Below, one piece after another: positions 61,545 to 64,000 of a stretch of 64,000 nt of DNA. Source of the stretch: an uncultured Alphaproteobacteria bacterium (GTDB lineage: Bacteria > Pseudomonadota > Alphaproteobacteria > Rhizobiales > Xanthobacteraceae). The stretch covers positions 188,003 to 252,002 of the forward strand of contig CAVSWC010000013.1 of NCBI GenBank assembly GCA_963731585.1, in the 5' to 3' direction. Position 1 is the first letter of the stretch. Every line of letters starts with the position of its first letter. The translations under genes were made by a program, and so were the position numbers. A model generated the notes under the pieces. The model was given only the letters and a program-made list of their open reading frames with translations. It had not been told where the DNA came from and did not search any database.

Positions 61545-63208
61545 AATACCGGCGTGCAGACGGTGATGTCCGGCAGATGGGTGCCGCCGTTATAGGGCGC
61601 GTTGGTCGCAAACACGTCACCCGGGCGGATCTTCGGATTCTGCCGGATGATGGTTTCCACCGCGCGGTCCATGGAGCCGAGATGCACCGGCATATGCGGC
61701 GCGTTGGCCACCAGCGTTCCGTCGGCGGAAAACACGGCGCAGGAGAAATCCAGCCGCTCCTTGATGTTGACCGAGTAAGCCGTGTTCTGCAGCGCAACGC
61801 CCATCTGTTCGGCGATCGCCATGAACAGGTTGTTGAACACTTCCAGCATCACCGGGTCGGCCTTCGTGCCGATCGCGCTCTGGCGCTTGAGTTTTTTGGC
61901 ACGGGTCAGCACGAGATGGTTTTTCACCGTCAGTTCCGCGCACCAGCCGGCTTCGACCACCACGGTCTGATGCGGCTCGATCATGATGGCGGGACCGGAG
62001 ATTTTCGCGCCGGGCTTGAGCTGATCGCGGGTGAAGATTTTGGCCGGGTGCAATTTGCCGCCGGAGAAAAACTTCGTGCGCCGCGTAGGGCGGGGGAGTT
62101 TTGCGCCGCTCTTGCGCCGCATCGGCTCGCGGAATTTGGCGCCGCCGCCGATCGCTTCCACCGACGACGGCTTCGATCACCAGCTTCTTGCTGCGGTCGA
62201 TGAAACCGAAGCGCGCTTTATGCGCCTTCTCAAAGGCAATCTGCATTTTTGCCGCGACGCCCGCAGGCACTTCCAGCGCGGTATCCGTTCCCGCGTAGCG
62301 GATATGCGCGCGCACCAGCAGCTTGATCTTGCCGCGCGCCACGCCCTGGCCGGCGACTTCCTTCGCAGCCTCCTTGCCAAGACGCGCCGCGGTCTTGTTC
62401 AGCGCCGCCATCGCCTGGGCATTCAGCGGCAGCTCGACCGCCTGCTGGCGCGTGGCGCGGATATCGGCCAGGCCCATGCCATAGGCGGAGAGCAGCGAGG
62501 AGAAAGGATGGATCAGCACCGTGGTCATGCCGAGTGCGTCGGCGACCAGGCAGGCATGCTGCCCGCCGGCACCGCCGAAGCAGTTGAGCGCGTAGCGCGT
62601 CACGTCATAGCCGCGCTGCACGGAAATTTTCTTGATGGCGTTGGCCATGTTCTCGACCGCGATGCGCAGGAATCCGTCGGCCACTTGCTCCGGCGTCCGG
62701 CCGACCTCGCGCGCCAGCGCCGCGAAAGCAACGCGCACCGCGTCGGCGTCGAGCGGTTGATTTTGTTGCGCGCCGAAAATCTTCGGGAAGAAATCCGGTA
62801 TCAGCTTGCCGACCATGACATTGGCGTCGGTGACCGTGAGCGGGCCGCCGCGGCGATAGCTCTTCGGCCCGGGATTGGCGCCCGCCGAGTCCGGCCCGAC
62901 GCGAAAGCGTGCGCCGTCGAAATGCAGGATCGAGCCGCCGCCCGCCGCCACGGTGTGGATCAGCATCATCGGCGCGCGCATGCGCACGCCCGCCACTTCG
63001 GTCTCGAAGCTGCGCTCGTATGCGCCGTCGAAATGCGACACGTCGGTCGAGGTGCCGCCCATGTCAAAACCAATCAGCTTTGTGAATCCGGCCTCGCGGC
63101 CGGTTTCCGCAAGCCCGACCACGCCGCCGGCGGGGCCGGAGAGGATCGCGTCCTTGCCCTGGAACAACTCCGCCGCGGTGAGCCCGCCCGCGGAGGTCAT
63201 GAACATGA

Positions 63209-63360
63209 GTTTCCCTCGCCCCGCTTGCGGGGAGCGGGTGGCCGAGCTTGCGGAGCGCGAGTCGGGTGAGGGGGCGTCTCCACGAGCTTGGCAGCGTCTG
63301 ACAGCTCGCCCCTCGACGCTCCGACCCTCTCCCCGTGAAGAACGGGGAGAGGGAGAAGAG
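63209..63360. repeat. Family A two-module palindromic element inside the oxoprolinase gene (HyuA part)
   Basis: CCCTCGCCCCGC-TT-GCGGGGAGCGGG, linker, GGGTGAGGGGG, a spacer of about 34 nt, CCCCTCGACGCTCCGA, then CCCTCTCCCC-GTGAAGAAC-GGGGAGAGGG. Confidence 0.85.
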
Positions 63361-64000
63361 GTCGCTCAGCTCATTCCGCCACCCTCTCCACATACCGCCG
63401 CAAAATCGGCGAGAGATAAGCGTCCACCACCGTGGTGTCGCCGCGGCCGATGAGCTTGATGAGAGGCGAGACTTTGTGGCTGACCGAGAGCTGCGGAAAG
63501 CCGATCTCGCGCGCCAGCGCCGCCACGCGCTGCTCGTGCGCGGGATGGCGATAGCCATGCATGAAGACGATGGCGACCGCTGCAATGCCGTCCGCCCGCG
63601 CGGCTTTGAGCGCTGGCCGCAACGCATCGAGATCCGGCGCACGCTCCACCGTGCCGTCCGCGCGCACGCGCTCGTCCACTTCGATCACGCGCTCGTAGAT
63701 CACTTCCGGCTTGAGGATGTGCTTGGCAAAAATCTTCGGCCGCGCCTGATAGCCGATCTTCAGCGCGTCGCCGAAGCCCTTGGTGATGAGCAGCAGTGTG
63801 CGCGCGCCCTTGCGCTCGAGCAGCGCATTGGTCGCCACCGTGGTGCCCATCTTAATGGCGCCGATCCGCTCGGCGGGGATCGGCTCGCCGCCTTGCAATC
63901 CGAGGATATCCCGAATGCCTTGCACCGCGGGGTCGCCATAGGCTTCGGGATTTTCCGACAAGCAGCTTGTGCGCGAGCGAGCGTGCCATCCGGCCGCCGC

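Larger units (their letters stand above)
60187..64000 (-). pseudogene. Hydantoinase A/B-type 5-oxoprolinase-like large protein (runs off right edge; repeat insertions and several frame shifts as sequenced)
   Basis: HyuA-type text: [59 protein letters not shown]. HyuB-type text: DPVMLEVFNNLFMAIAEQMG, NIKERLDFSCAVF, VASRGHHADIGGIAPGSMSP, NAGCLRPI, GNVETSQ. The C-terminal part is MNNLNFGN...GGYG. Frame changes occur near 63960, 63200-63380, 62165 and 60690. Confidence 0.88.

Overview
High-GC chromosomal segment (mid-60s percent by eye, not computed). Gene content and repeat families look typical of a Bradyrhizobiaceae/Nitrobacteraceae-type alphaproteobacterium. I recognise about 60 protein-coding loci, mostly housekeeping or envelope functions: pyrD, ubiX, idi, ettA, panE, trmO, thiC with its TPP riboswitch, a sahR-metF-metH methionine-cycle cluster, two Bug/TctC solute receptors, two L,D-transpeptidases, a lytic transglycosylase, topoisomerase IB, a UdgX-type uracil-DNA glycosylase, a GT4/amylo-1,6-glucosidase pair, a PLD protein plus an EEP-UPF0104 fusion, tandem homocysteine S-methyltransferase paralogs, a REC-GGDEF regulator, and a large hydantoinase/oxoprolinase running off the right edge. 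I recognised no rRNA, tRNA, CRISPR array, transposase, integrase or phage genes. Two things stand out. (1) Two families of palindromic repeats litter the window. One is a two-module family of about 150 bp (CCCTCTCCCC hairpin plus GGTGAGGGG box). It occurs between genes, inside thiC, and twice inside the oxoprolinase gene; two of the three intragenic copies have lengths that are multiples of three. The same terminal modules bracket a small lower-GC DUF559/Vsr-like endonuclease ORF between metF and metH. This suggests an autonomous/non-autonomous (MITE-like, RPE-like) element system. (2) Roughly 25 loci have single-base frame disruptions as sequenced, including the core biosynthetic genes pyrD, thiC, metF and metH. 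Indel errors in the assembly are the simplest explanation, but one HMT paralog and an FGE-type gene are hit so heavily that true decay is possible. All functional calls come from motif and family recognition by eye; no searches were run.
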